Source: Terriglobia bacterium (GTDB taxonomy: Bacteria > Acidobacteriota > Terriglobia > 20CM-2-55-15). Taken from it: 64,000 nucleotides of DNA. Made by a program: the position numbers and the translations under genes. The stretch covers positions 736,001 through 800,000 of the forward strand of contig CBDAOY010000009.1 of the NCBI GenBank assembly GCA_965198225.1, read 5' to 3'. Numbering within the stretch: the stretch's first letter is position 1; each line of letters starts with the position of its first letter. Below, piece after piece: positions 33,478-42,844 of this stretch. Under the pieces are notes generated by a model that saw only the letters and a program-made list of their open reading frames with translations, made no database searches and was not told the DNA's origin.

Positions 33478-33634
33478 CGGTTATTCAACCATGTGACTGT
33501 TTGATTGCGACCAACCCCCACCTTACGTAGTATTTACCGAGTTCTACAGGGATAGCTCAAGACATAAGAAATGGGGCACGATCAGGCGCTCAAGCGGTTA
33601 GACGCGCCGCCTGTTCGGGCGAAAGGAGAAGAAA

Positions 33635-33850
33635 ATGGCGGAAAGTGTTTACAAGGTTATCGAGCTGGTCGGGAGCAGTTCCGAATCATGGGACAAGGCA
33701 GCCGCAGCAGCCGTCGAGTTGGCCTCGGAGAGTCTGCGGGACTTGCGTGTCGCCGAGGTCTCGCAGTTGGATTTGCAACTGGAGGACGGCAAAGTTCGTG
33801 CCTACCGGGCCAGAGTGAAAGTCTCTTTCAAATACAAAGGTGGTGACTGA
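33635..33850 (+). CDS. Dodecin (flavin-binding)
   Basis: SVYKVIELVGSSSESWDKAA..YRARVKVSFK; AAGGAG RBS. Confidence 0.92.
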   Translation: MAESVYKVIELVGSSSESWDKAAAAAVELASESLRDLRVAEVSQLDLQLEDGKVRAYRARVKVSFKYKGGD

Positions 33851-34227
33851 GCCGGTGAGCTCATAGGTCCAGGCGCCCGGGCAAAACTCGGCTCGGGCGC
33901 TGGGCCGGCCCGAAACGAGGTCATGTTTTTCGCAGGGCTTCTTACGACAGGCGGAGGTGAATCGTATGATGACACGCTACGACGCAATCGGCGGCACAGG
34001 ACACCGGCCTTAGCGAACTTTCCCATCTACTGAAACCTCTTCCAACTTCAGTTAAGCAAACCGCCCGAACCCACTTGGACGTATCGTCGCCAAACCGGTA
34101 ATGTGCATCGCGGTCGAAAGCTCGCGATTCTCGACGGTTCCACTTTTCCGTATCAGCGGCACATCCACGCGCGGATTGACCCGGGCATTTGAACAACAGT
34201 CAATGGCCTTCAGGGGTGTGCAGTGAA

Positions 34228-36672
34228 TCAGCGCAAACGATCGGCGATTCCCTCCACGGTTCCAGAAAGTGCTAGAAACCTTGCTCGCGTCGCATCACTT
34301 TGACCCGCAACTTCTTCAGAGAGCGTATCGGCCAACGAATCGAGCTGGGTCGCGGCTGACTGGTTGCTGCCACCCCCACCGGAGAGCGTATTGTCGGCAA
34401 GATCAAGTGCCTGCCTCAATGCTCCTGACTGCTCGCTCGAAATGAGGTTGGCACGTTCAAGCTGATCGAGGTAGGCGCGTGCGACCACGGGCTCGGCCGG
34501 CCAGGTGTATCGACGTTGCGTTTGTGCATTGACGATGGCATCCGGATCCTGGAACGAGGCCGCGGCTATCTCATCTGCGCTCAGATACTCACTGGGCAGC
34601 AGGGATAATACATCGAGGCCGCGTGCTATTTCAGTTCCATAGATGAGACCACCGAACCAGTATGCGGACCAGTATCCACCCATGACCAGTTCCTCGCCAT
34701 CAATGGGACCGCGGTCAAAGAAGGCAATTTCGACGGGGTTTGAAGAGTCCGTAAAATCTATAACCGAGATGCCTCCCTGGTACCAGGCCTGAACGAAGAT
34801 GTCCCGACCGGGAACAGGTATGAGCGAGCCATTGTGGGCCACGCAGTTTTCCTGCTCCGATTGCGGCGCAGACATCTTGTAATGGCTCCGAAACTGGAGT
34901 TTGCCGTCAACGATGTCGTAGATGGCATCCGCGCCCCAGTCCTGGGGATCAGAGGCACGGCAACGCGGCCGGCCGCCACCGCCCCATTCATCGGTGAAAA
35001 GCACCTTGGTCCCATCATTGTTGAAAGTCGCCGAGTGCCAGTATGCGAATCCTGGGTCAATGACCTGATCCAGACGGACTGGATTGACCGGATCGCTGAT
35101 ATCGAGAAGGATCCCGTTACCAGCGCAGGCTCCGGCAGCCAGTCCGATTTCAGGGTAGGTCGTGATGTCGTGGCACTGGTTGGTCAGCCTCGTAGTCTGG
35201 GTGCCCTCACCGTGATCACCACCTTCCCACAGACCTGCGATGACCCCGGACTCCGGGTCCGAGAAGATGCGGGGACGGTTGACGATGCGCGCCTCTTCGG
35301 GCCGCGCCAGAGGAATCTGGATCACGTCGATACTGAACAGAGCCGTTTCGGAATCCTCAAATGGTGATTCGTCTGAACAACCCTCAAGCTCTTCACCGGA
35401 ACGAACCGAACCGGTGCCCGACGCGTAGACATAGATGCTTCCATCATTGTCAGGATCAGTCACGATGGTATGGGTATGCGATCCTCTGCAGGTTTGCACA
35501 GCCCCGACCTGCCTGGGTGCTCGAAAGTCACTGATGTCGAAGATCCGGATTCCCCGGAATCGATCAGCGCTCTCCGGTTCGGCGACGCCCTGCAGGCCAC
35601 AGTCAAGCCGCCCCCGTGTTTGCTCGACAGAAAAGATGAGGAGATTTCCGACGACCGACACATCACCCTGTCCACCAGGGCATACAACAGAACTCACCAG
35701 TTCAGGCAAGCCGGGCACCCCGATGTTATAGGCGTTGAAACCGTGATAGTTCCCTGCAACAAGCACATCGCCTGCAAAGGCCATGTCACTGTTGCCAAAA
35801 TTAAGAATGCTGGGCCGCAGCTCCTGGGCTCCACCAGCTTCCGCATCCTCTGCGCTCGATGTTTCGGCTCCCGGTTCCGGCCTGTTCAATGGCAGCCCGC
35901 CGGGATTCGAGGGATCGAAGAATCCGTCCGGTTTGGAAAGAGCAGAAACAAGTTCCATATTCATTAGAGCCTGGCCAGCATCCTCAAAACCTGCGCTCAG
36001 GTTGACTCTCGGGTCGGGAGAAAATCCAGTCAGCATGGAGAGCATGCGATCGATTTCACTGGTCTGATCCGATGTGATGTCTGCGGTAAAGGCAAAGAGC
36101 ACCGAATCCTGGGCCGACCCAGATTGATCCAGAAGATTCTCGACCATGGTCAGGGCGCCTTCATGATGCATGATCATCAGCTCAAGAAACAGGGAGTCAA
36201 ATTCGGATCCGTCGCTCTGCTCAAGTTGTTCCAGCTCGTCAACGCTCAACATGCCTGGCATCAAACGAAATCCCGGAGCAAGGTGCTCATCTACGGCGGT
36301 TACGTGGAGATTCCGATCACCCAGCCAGCCCTGCATCATGGCTATTTCGTCTTCCTGCGAAAGAGTGATGCGCTGAGACAGGAGCTCCATCGCTTCGCGG
36401 TTGGTCCTGGAATCGACAAACACCGTCATCTCCAGAGCCTGTGCATGATGGGAGATCATCCCTTGCATGAAGCGTACGTCGGCCTCGGTAAACTCGATGC
36501 TGGCGAGATCGGATGCCTCCGCCACAGAAATCTCCCGGCTTGGCTGCCCCGGAATGCCAGGCTGAATGATTGGTGCCTGTGCCATGCTTCCAGTAACCCC
36601 CAACAGAATCAGGGCAACAATGCCTACCGTGTACGTGCTCAGACGAGGGACGAATGACGAGGACTTGGTCAT
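34228..36672 (-). CDS. Secreted DUF305 + LVIVD-repeat protein
   Basis: DVRFMQGMISHHAQALEM and MIMHHEGALTM (DUF305); VCPGGQGDVSV, GSHTHT, CHDIT, YWHSATF. Confidence 0.85.
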   Translation of the reverse strand: MTKSSSFVPRLSTYTVGIVALILLGVTGSMAQAPIIQPGIPGQPSREISVAEASDLASIEFTEADVRFMQGMISHHAQALEMTVFVDSRTNREAMELLSQRITLSQEDEIAMMQGWLGDRNLHVTAVDEHLAPGFRLMPGMLSVDELEQLEQSDGSEFDSLFLELMIMHHEGALTMVENLLDQSGSAQDSVLFAFTADITSDQTSEIDRMLSMLTGFSPDPRVNLSAGFEDAGQALMNMELVSALSKPDGFFDPSNPGGLPLNRPEPGAETSSAEDAEAGGAQELRPSILNFGNSDMAFAGDVLVAGNYHGFNAYNIGVPGLPELVSSVVCPGGQGDVSVVGNLLIFSVEQTRGRLDCGLQGVAEPESADRFRGIRIFDISDFRAPRQVGAVQTCRGSHTHTIVTDPDNDGSIYVYASGTGSVRSGEELEGCSDESPFEDSETALFSIDVIQIPLARPEEARIVNRPRIFSDPESGVIAGLWEGGDHGEGTQTTRLTNQCHDITTYPEIGLAAGACAGNGILLDISDPVNPVRLDQVIDPGFAYWHSATFNNDGTKVLFTDEWGGGGRPRCRASDPQDWGADAIYDIVDGKLQFRSHYKMSAPQSEQENCVAHNGSLIPVPGRDIFVQAWYQGGISVIDFTDSSNPVEIAFFDRGPIDGEELVMGGYWSAYWFGGLIYGTEIARGLDVLSLLPSEYLSADEIAAASFQDPDAIVNAQTQRRYTWPAEPVVARAYLDQLERANLISSEQSGALRQALDLADNTLSGGGGSNQSAATQLDSLADTLSEEVAGQSDATRARFLALSGTVEGIADRLR

Positions 36673-36894
36673 GATTATCTCTCCAGCAGAAGTATTCATT
36701 GCGAACTTGCTACAAGACCGGCTGGGCCTTCGGTTTTTAATTTCAAAAAGAATAAAAGAGATTTAGAGTTCATGCCACCCTGTAATACCTGAAGTTCTCC
36801 CTTATCTCATTGCGACGCACAACGCCGGCGGCGAACGTGACCGTATTCGAAGGGGGCGCGCAACATCTCTGTGTCGACTGGGAAGCCTTCCGTC

Positions 36895-37015
36895 GAACGA
36901 AAAAACGCCATTCATCAAGGATCACGACTCTCGCACGAATTCCACGGACGGCAGCCGGGCGGCACGGATAGATAGCCAAGACCGCGTTGTTTTGAAGTGT
37001 CAGCGTAGCTTTCAA
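36895..37015 (-). pseudogene. Possible phage terminase large-subunit fragment
   Basis: LQNNAVLAIYPCRPAAVRGIRARVVILDE resembles the terminase RG..hhhDE Walker B region. Confidence 0.4.
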
Positions 37016-37125
37016 CCTAGGAGCCCATACAGGGCAGAGAGAAACACCAGCCACAGTCGCCACGTGCTCAAGTCACGGAAGGTAGGCAATGCGCCCAGGG
37101 CGCGATCGTTTCGCCAGACTGTTTC

Positions 37126-37166
37126 AATCCGCTCGGACGTATGGTCGCCATCACGTACATGTGAAA
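37126..37166. repeat. Empty hairpin site H4
   Basis: AATCCGCTC-GGACGTATG-GTCG-CC-ATCACGTAC-ATGTGAAA. Confidence 0.65.
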
Positions 37167-37275
37167 AAGACCGGCCATAGCCTCGGTCCGACTACAGGCA
37201 GATGGAAGAGTACGCGGTTACCCAGGATGTGACCTTCTGATTGACCTCAAGTTGCTAACGTAGTTTTATTTACGG

Positions 37276-39972
37276 GTGATCCAACCCGGCCAGAACCTCG
37301 CACACTACGAAATACTCTCCCCGCTCGGCAAAGGCGGCATGGGGGAGGTGTGGAAGGCCAAGGACACAAAACTCGGACGTGAGGTCGCCATAAAGACGCT
37401 CCCCGAAGAGTTCGCCAAAGACGAAGAACGACTGGCCCGGTCTGAACGGGAGGCCAAGCTCCTGGCGTCGTTGAACCATCCCAACATCGCTGCGATCTAC
37501 GGTTTGGAAGAAGACAACGGCACCCGTTTCCTCGTCCTCGAACTGGTTGACGGAGACACGTTGGCGGAGCGATTGAAACGCGGTGCCATCCCAGTCGAAG
37601 AGTCGCTCAAACTCGGACTTCAAATCGCAGAAGCACTCGAAGCAGCACATGAAAAGGGCGTCATCCATCGTGATCTAAAACCGGCAAATATCAAGGTCAC
37701 ACCCGAGGGCAAGCTGAAGGTGCTGGACTTCGGGTTGGCGAAGGTGTTTGCGGAGGGCCAGGCTGATTTGAACCTGTCTCAGTCACCGACGTTGAGCATG
37801 GCCGTGACACAGCAAGGTGTGATCCTGGGGACAGCGGCGTACATGAGTCCCGAACAGGCACGGGGCAAGACTGTGGACACACGTGCGGACATCTGGGCCT
37901 TCGGGTGCGTGCTTTATGAGATGCTCACCGGCCGCCAGACGTGGGGCGGCGAAACCTTGACAGATATGATTGCTGCCGCCGTCGCGAAGGATCCCAACTG
38001 GAACGTTCTCCCTGTGGATCTCCATGCAAGAGTTCAAGAGCTACTCCGACGCTGTCTGGAGAAGGAAGCGAAGAACCGGTGGCAGGCTTCCGGGGATGTG
38101 CGGATTGAGATTGAACAGTTGTTGAGCAATCCAAACGGTCTGTTGGTGCAGCCGATTGCTCAAGTTGTCGAGGCAGCACTCCCGTCGAAACTGCCGTGGG
38201 TCGCGGCTGCAGTCGCCACGGTCGCCGCAATCGTGTTCGGTATTGCTTTGTGGCTTCCGTCGCAGCCGGAAGACCTACCGCTTGTGCGTCTGGATGTCGA
38301 CCTGGGGCAGGAGGTTTCACTGGGTGCAATCAACGGCCGCAGCGTCATCATGACTCCTGACGGGACGCGTATCGCGTATGTGGCCAGCGTCTCGGGCGGC
38401 CAGAGGCGGCTCTATACGCGGCGTCTCGATCAAGCCGACCCGACCGAACTCTCTGGAACCGACAGCGCCACCCTACCCTTCTTTTCTCCCGACGGAAAGT
38501 GGATTGGGTTCTTTGCCTCAGGCACGCTTAACAAGATTTCGGTGGAAGGCGGCGCGGTCGTTCCCCTGCGCGACGGGCCGTTTGCTGGAGGGAGCTGGGG
38601 AGAGGACGGAATCATCGTCTTCAGCCAGCCGCTCCCCGGGGGTCTCATGGCGATTCCCGAGGACGGGGGCGATGTCACGAGTCTGACGCCTCTGGATCAG
38701 GGAGAATTGGCCTTCGCCGAGCCGCAGATCCTGCCGGGTGGCCAGGCCGTATTGTTCTCGACCGCGGGATTCTCAGGCGGCGACCGCAATGTCGAGATCT
38801 TCTCTTTCGCTGACGGGGTTCGCAAGACCCTCGTCCGGGGAGCGACGAGCCCGGCGTATCTTCCCAGCGGCCATCTGGTGTACAACAGCGGCGGTACGCT
38901 GTTTGCCACACTGTTTGATCTGGACGCTCTGGAGACTCTTGGCTCCAGAGTGCCGGTTCTTGGTGACTTGGGAACTGATCCAAGCGGCGATACCTCGATG
39001 ACTTTCTCTCGAGACGGCGCCGTTGTGTACCGGAGCGGTGGTGAAGCGGCGGCGAAGTTCGCTCAGAGTACAGTCGAATGGCTCGACAGTGAAGGCAACC
39101 GCGACCCCCTGATCTCGACCGCCGGCGGATATCTGACCCCGCGGCTCTCACCGGACGCCGAGCAGGTGGTACTGACAACCATCGAAGGAAGCGACGTACG
39201 CGTATCGGTCTACGACCTCGAACGCGACAATATGACGCGATTGACGTTTGACGACGGCTTTTATTCCTCGCCCGTCTGGAGCCCCGACCAGCAAAACGTT
39301 GTTTTTGGGGCGATGGGAGTCGGTCTCCTCCAGGCGCGGGTGGACGGAGCCGGCCCACCCCAGCCGCTGTTGGAAACAAACGTAGCATTACTCCCGTTTT
39401 CATTCGCCCCTGACCAGCGACTGGCATATTTCGAGGCAGGTGAAGGAGGAGGCGACATTCGAACCGTAGCCGTGGAGGACAACGGCAATCGGTTGACGGC
39501 GGGTGAGCCCGAGGCGTTTCTAGCCACCCCTTTTAACGAGGCTCCAAACAGGTTTTCCCCCGACGGGCGGTGGCTGGCGTATCAATCGAACGAGTCGGGC
39601 CAGAACGAAGTGAGTGTGCGAGCCTTTCCGCCGCCGTCTTCGGGGGAAGGCGCTCGGTTTCCGATCTCTAACGGCGGTGGGTACTTTGCGGTATGGTCGC
39701 CCAACTCTCCTGAACTCTTCTACCGTTCCCTTGAAGACCAGATCATGGTCGTCGACTGGCGGGTGGAGGGCGACCGGTTCATCGCCGACCGGCCCCGCGT
39801 GTGGGCGGCAGACCCCGGCGGGCAGTTCTGGGACATGGCCCCGGACGGACGGGCATTGCTGACGGTCCGCGTAGAAACGGACGAAGCACAGGAAGAACCC
39901 GAGGCGGACCATCACGTCGTGTTCTTGGGGAACTTCTTCGACTATCTTCGCCGCGAAGTGCCGGTGCCTTAG
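37276..39972 (+). CDS. Ser/Thr kinase-TM-PD40 propeller protein K5 (intact)
   Basis: GKGGMG, VAIK, HRDLKPAN, DFG, GTAAYMSPE; TM; SPDG repeats; ends NFFDYLRREVPVP. Confidence 0.93.
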   Translation: MIQPGQNLAHYEILSPLGKGGMGEVWKAKDTKLGREVAIKTLPEEFAKDEERLARSEREAKLLASLNHPNIAAIYGLEEDNGTRFLVLELVDGDTLAERLKRGAIPVEESLKLGLQIAEALEAAHEKGVIHRDLKPANIKVTPEGKLKVLDFGLAKVFAEGQADLNLSQSPTLSMAVTQQGVILGTAAYMSPEQARGKTVDTRADIWAFGCVLYEMLTGRQTWGGETLTDMIAAAVAKDPNWNVLPVDLHARVQELLRRCLEKEAKNRWQASGDVRIEIEQLLSNPNGLLVQPIAQVVEAALPSKLPWVAAAVATVAAIVFGIALWLPSQPEDLPLVRLDVDLGQEVSLGAINGRSVIMTPDGTRIAYVASVSGGQRRLYTRRLDQADPTELSGTDSATLPFFSPDGKWIGFFASGTLNKISVEGGAVVPLRDGPFAGGSWGEDGIIVFSQPLPGGLMAIPEDGGDVTSLTPLDQGELAFAEPQILPGGQAVLFSTAGFSGGDRNVEIFSFADGVRKTLVRGATSPAYLPSGHLVYNSGGTLFATLFDLDALETLGSRVPVLGDLGTDPSGDTSMTFSRDGAVVYRSGGEAAAKFAQSTVEWLDSEGNRDPLISTAGGYLTPRLSPDAEQVVLTTIEGSDVRVSVYDLERDNMTRLTFDDGFYSSPVWSPDQQNVVFGAMGVGLLQARVDGAGPPQPLLETNVALLPFSFAPDQRLAYFEAGEGGGDIRTVAVEDNGNRLTAGEPEAFLATPFNEAPNRFSPDGRWLAYQSNESGQNEVSVRAFPPPSSGEGARFPISNGGGYFAVWSPNSPELFYRSLEDQIMVVDWRVEGDRFIADRPRVWAADPGGQFWDMAPDGRALLTVRVETDEAQEEPEADHHVVFLGNFFDYLRREVPVP

Positions 39973-40380
39973 GCTCTCCGTCTCGCTGGCCGAACTCCGA
40001 GCACGGTTGTAGGAATTCCACTTGGCCGTATGGTCGTTAGCGTTCATCGGAAGTGCCGCGGCGAGCGCGGCCACAGGATGAGCGAGAAGTTCCCACCGCG
40101 GCAGTTTCGATAACAAGACTTGAAGGAGGGCGCTGGCCGAATGCGGCGGACGCGGTGGGCTATGGAGAAAGTAGCCGGAAGCGGGCCGGATCTGGAGTGG
40201 CGTTGGGGCGAGGAGGGGGACCGGCGGTCGATGACCGCGTCGATGGTGTGAATCGGAAAGCAGTTGGGTCGGGGAATCGGTGGGTTGAAAGGACGGGATC
40301 TGAGGGGATTTTGCAGCGGAGGCACACTCCGGCGAGGACGTGGCTGAACCGCACGTCGGTCGTCGGTTTGTGAAGGAGGA

Positions 40381-41550
40381 TTAGGACGTATCGCATTGGA
40401 AGGCGAGCCTCGCTACGAGTTGCAGAGCGGTGAAGCGTTGGATGAGAGTCATCGGTCCCTGACAGTGCGGACACGACCAGGAAGAGTTCGAGGTGGTGGT
40501 TTCGTCAGATTCGACCCTCGGCATGGCATCGAGGAGTTGGCGACAGAGAGCGAAGGCGGCCGACCGGCGGTAGTTGGCCATGAATCCGAAGTGTCGGATG
40601 CGGACGAAGCCCTTCGGCAGAACGTGCAATAAGAACCGTCGGATGAACTCGTCGGCCGCGAGTGTCATGATGCGACTCTTGTTGCCATTGCGGTAATCCC
40701 GCCAACGGAACCGGACCCGGTTACCGTCAAACGAGATCAATCGATGGTTGGAGATGGCGACCCGATGGGTGTAGCGGCCCAGGTAGCGGAGCACCTGTTC
40801 GGGGCCACCAAAGGGTCGTTTGATATAGACGACCCAGTTGCGGGAATGGATCTGGCGGCGGAACCGCCGAAAGTGTTGCGGTTCGCCGAAGGGTCGAATC
40901 GAGCCGGACAGTTCGAGCGAACCGTCGGCGATCGCTCGCCCGAGCCCGTCGATGAACTTGCCACGGAAGACTCGGGCGAGCACCTGCTTGGGGAGGAAGA
41001 AGCGCCCAGAACCCGGAATCCAACGGGACTGATCCGGAGCCAGTCCGCCGGCCGGTACCACGCAGTGGATGTGGGGATGGAACTCCAGGTTCTGACTCCA
41101 GGTATGCAGGATGCCGAAGAAGCCGATCCGGGCGCCGAGTCGTTTCGGATTGGCCGCCACCTCGATCATCGTGTCGGCCACGCTGCGAAACAGCAGGCTG
41201 TAGAGTAGGGCAGGGTTGTGGAAGAAGAACGGATGGAACTGGTGCGGGACGGTGAACACGACGTGGAAGTAGGGGGTGGGCAGCAGTTCGGCTTCTCGTG
41301 CTTCGAGCCACCGTCGTCGGGCCTGGGTCTGACACTTCGGGCAGTGGCGGTTGCGGCAGGAGTTGAACGAGATTCCGGACTCCCGGCCACAATCGGCACA
41401 CCGGTCGATGTGGCCACCCAGAGCCGCAGTACGACAGTTCAGGATGGCGCGCAGGACCTTGAGCTTCTGGATGCCGAGGCGGTGACGCTGGAGGAAACCT
41501 CGAACCCGGGCGCGGACGATGTCGGCCACCTCGACGGCGGGCCGGCTCAT
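40381..41550 (-). CDS. IS91-family transposase
   Basis: Identical translation to copy 1. Confidence 0.93.
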   Translation of the reverse strand: MSRPAVEVADIVRARVRGFLQRHRLGIQKLKVLRAILNCRTAALGGHIDRCADCGRESGISFNSCRNRHCPKCQTQARRRWLEAREAELLPTPYFHVVFTVPHQFHPFFFHNPALLYSLLFRSVADTMIEVAANPKRLGARIGFFGILHTWSQNLEFHPHIHCVVPAGGLAPDQSRWIPGSGRFFLPKQVLARVFRGKFIDGLGRAIADGSLELSGSIRPFGEPQHFRRFRRQIHSRNWVVYIKRPFGGPEQVLRYLGRYTHRVAISNHRLISFDGNRVRFRWRDYRNGNKSRIMTLAADEFIRRFLLHVLPKGFVRIRHFGFMANYRRSAAFALCRQLLDAMPRVESDETTTSNSSWSCPHCQGPMTLIQRFTALQLVARLAFQCDTS

Positions 41551-42437
41551 TCGCCTTTCTTCTTTCTCAGACGGGGAGACGGTCCCAGATCGGGAACCGG
41601 AAGAGAATCGATCGGGTTCACCACGCGCTGCATGTGCGCCTGAGACAAATGGAGATAGAGGGTCGTCGCTTCCAGATCGACATGACCCAACAGGAGCTGG
41701 ATGGTTCGCAGGTCGGTTCCCCTCTCCAGCAGGTGGGTGGCCCAGCTGTGGCGCAGCGTATGTGGGGATACTTTCTTTTTGATGCCGGCACGTTGGGCGG
41801 CTTGTTGGACGGCGTACCAAACCGTCTTCACATCGATGGGCTGTCCGGGCCGGGTCCGGAGCAAACTGGGGAAGAGGTACTCGCCGGGTTTCCGCCAACG
41901 CCAGTAGTCGCGCAGGACTTCCAGCAGTTTCGGTGACAGCGGCACGTCGCGGTCGCGATTGCCTTTACCCTGCCTCACATGGATCACCATGCGTTCGCTA
42001 TCGACGTCCTCGACCTTCAGACGACACAGCTCGGCCCGCCGCAGTCCCGTCGAATACAAGGTCATCAGGATGACGAAGTGATAGGCACTGTTGGCGGAGG
42101 CCAGCAGTTGCGCCACTTCCTCTTCGCTCAGAATCGTGGGCAACCGGGACGGCTGTTTCGGATAGACCAGATCGACCTGGTGATAGGGACGGCGAAGCAC
42201 CTTCACGTAGAAGAACCGGAGTGCGGCGATCCGTCCGATGATGGTGTCGACAGCGAGCTTGCGCTCCTGAAGCAGATGCAGCTGGTACTGCCGCATCTGT
42301 TCCTGTTCGAGCTTGTCGGGGGACTTCCCGAAGTAGCGGGCGAAGTCTTCGACCGCGTGAAGATACAGCCGAATCGTAGCGGGTGAGTAGTTCCGGCGCT
42401 GGAGTTCCTCCAGCATCCGTTGTCGCAGCTTCGTCAT
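41547..42437 (-). CDS. Tyrosine recombinase
   Basis: Identical translation to copy 1. Confidence 0.93.
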   Translation of the reverse strand: MTKLRQRMLEELQRRNYSPATIRLYLHAVEDFARYFGKSPDKLEQEQMRQYQLHLLQERKLAVDTIIGRIAALRFFYVKVLRRPYHQVDLVYPKQPSRLPTILSEEEVAQLLASANSAYHFVILMTLYSTGLRRAELCRLKVEDVDSERMVIHVRQGKGNRDRDVPLSPKLLEVLRDYWRWRKPGEYLFPSLLRTRPGQPIDVKTVWYAVQQAAQRAGIKKKVSPHTLRHSWATHLLERGTDLRTIQLLLGHVDLEATTLYLHLSQAHMQRVVNPIDSLPVPDLGPSPRLRKKKGE

Positions 42438-42621
42438 GTGAGCCTCCTTGTGAGGCTCACACTCTATCGGGGGCTCATCACTCTTCGCTCAGCACACGCG
42501 TAGCGTCCGCCGCGCCAGCGGCTTCGTTCAAGTCGCCGATACGGAAAAGTGAATCGACCACGGCAAGATCGAGACGCTAGCGATACGCTTCTCGCCGATG
42601 TCTGATCGCAACAAGTGGGTC

Positions 42622-42657
42622 ATCCACATTCCCTATCGTCGATACTTCCATGTAGAT
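42622..42657. repeat. Empty hairpin site H6
   Basis: ATCCACAT-TCCCTATC-GTCG-ATACTTCC-ATGTAGAT. Confidence 0.65.
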
Positions 42658-42844
42658 CTCGTCGAAAAGCCCCGTCTTACCTCGGTTTTTCCACTCTTCC
42701 GACCAGGCGGTGATACATCCATGTGACTGTTTGATTGCTACCAACCCCTTCCTGCCGTAGTATTTACGCAAGTTTCAGCAAATTCGCGAAGTAATGCTCT
42801 GTAGTGGGGGTCTATGACCGCCGGCCTTTAGTTGGAGGCAACCC

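Larger units (their letters stand above)
40033..42535 (-). mobile_element. Recombinase-IS91 element, copy 2
   Basis: Same ORF set as copy 1 at offset 11713; GTCG at both ends. Confidence 0.92.
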
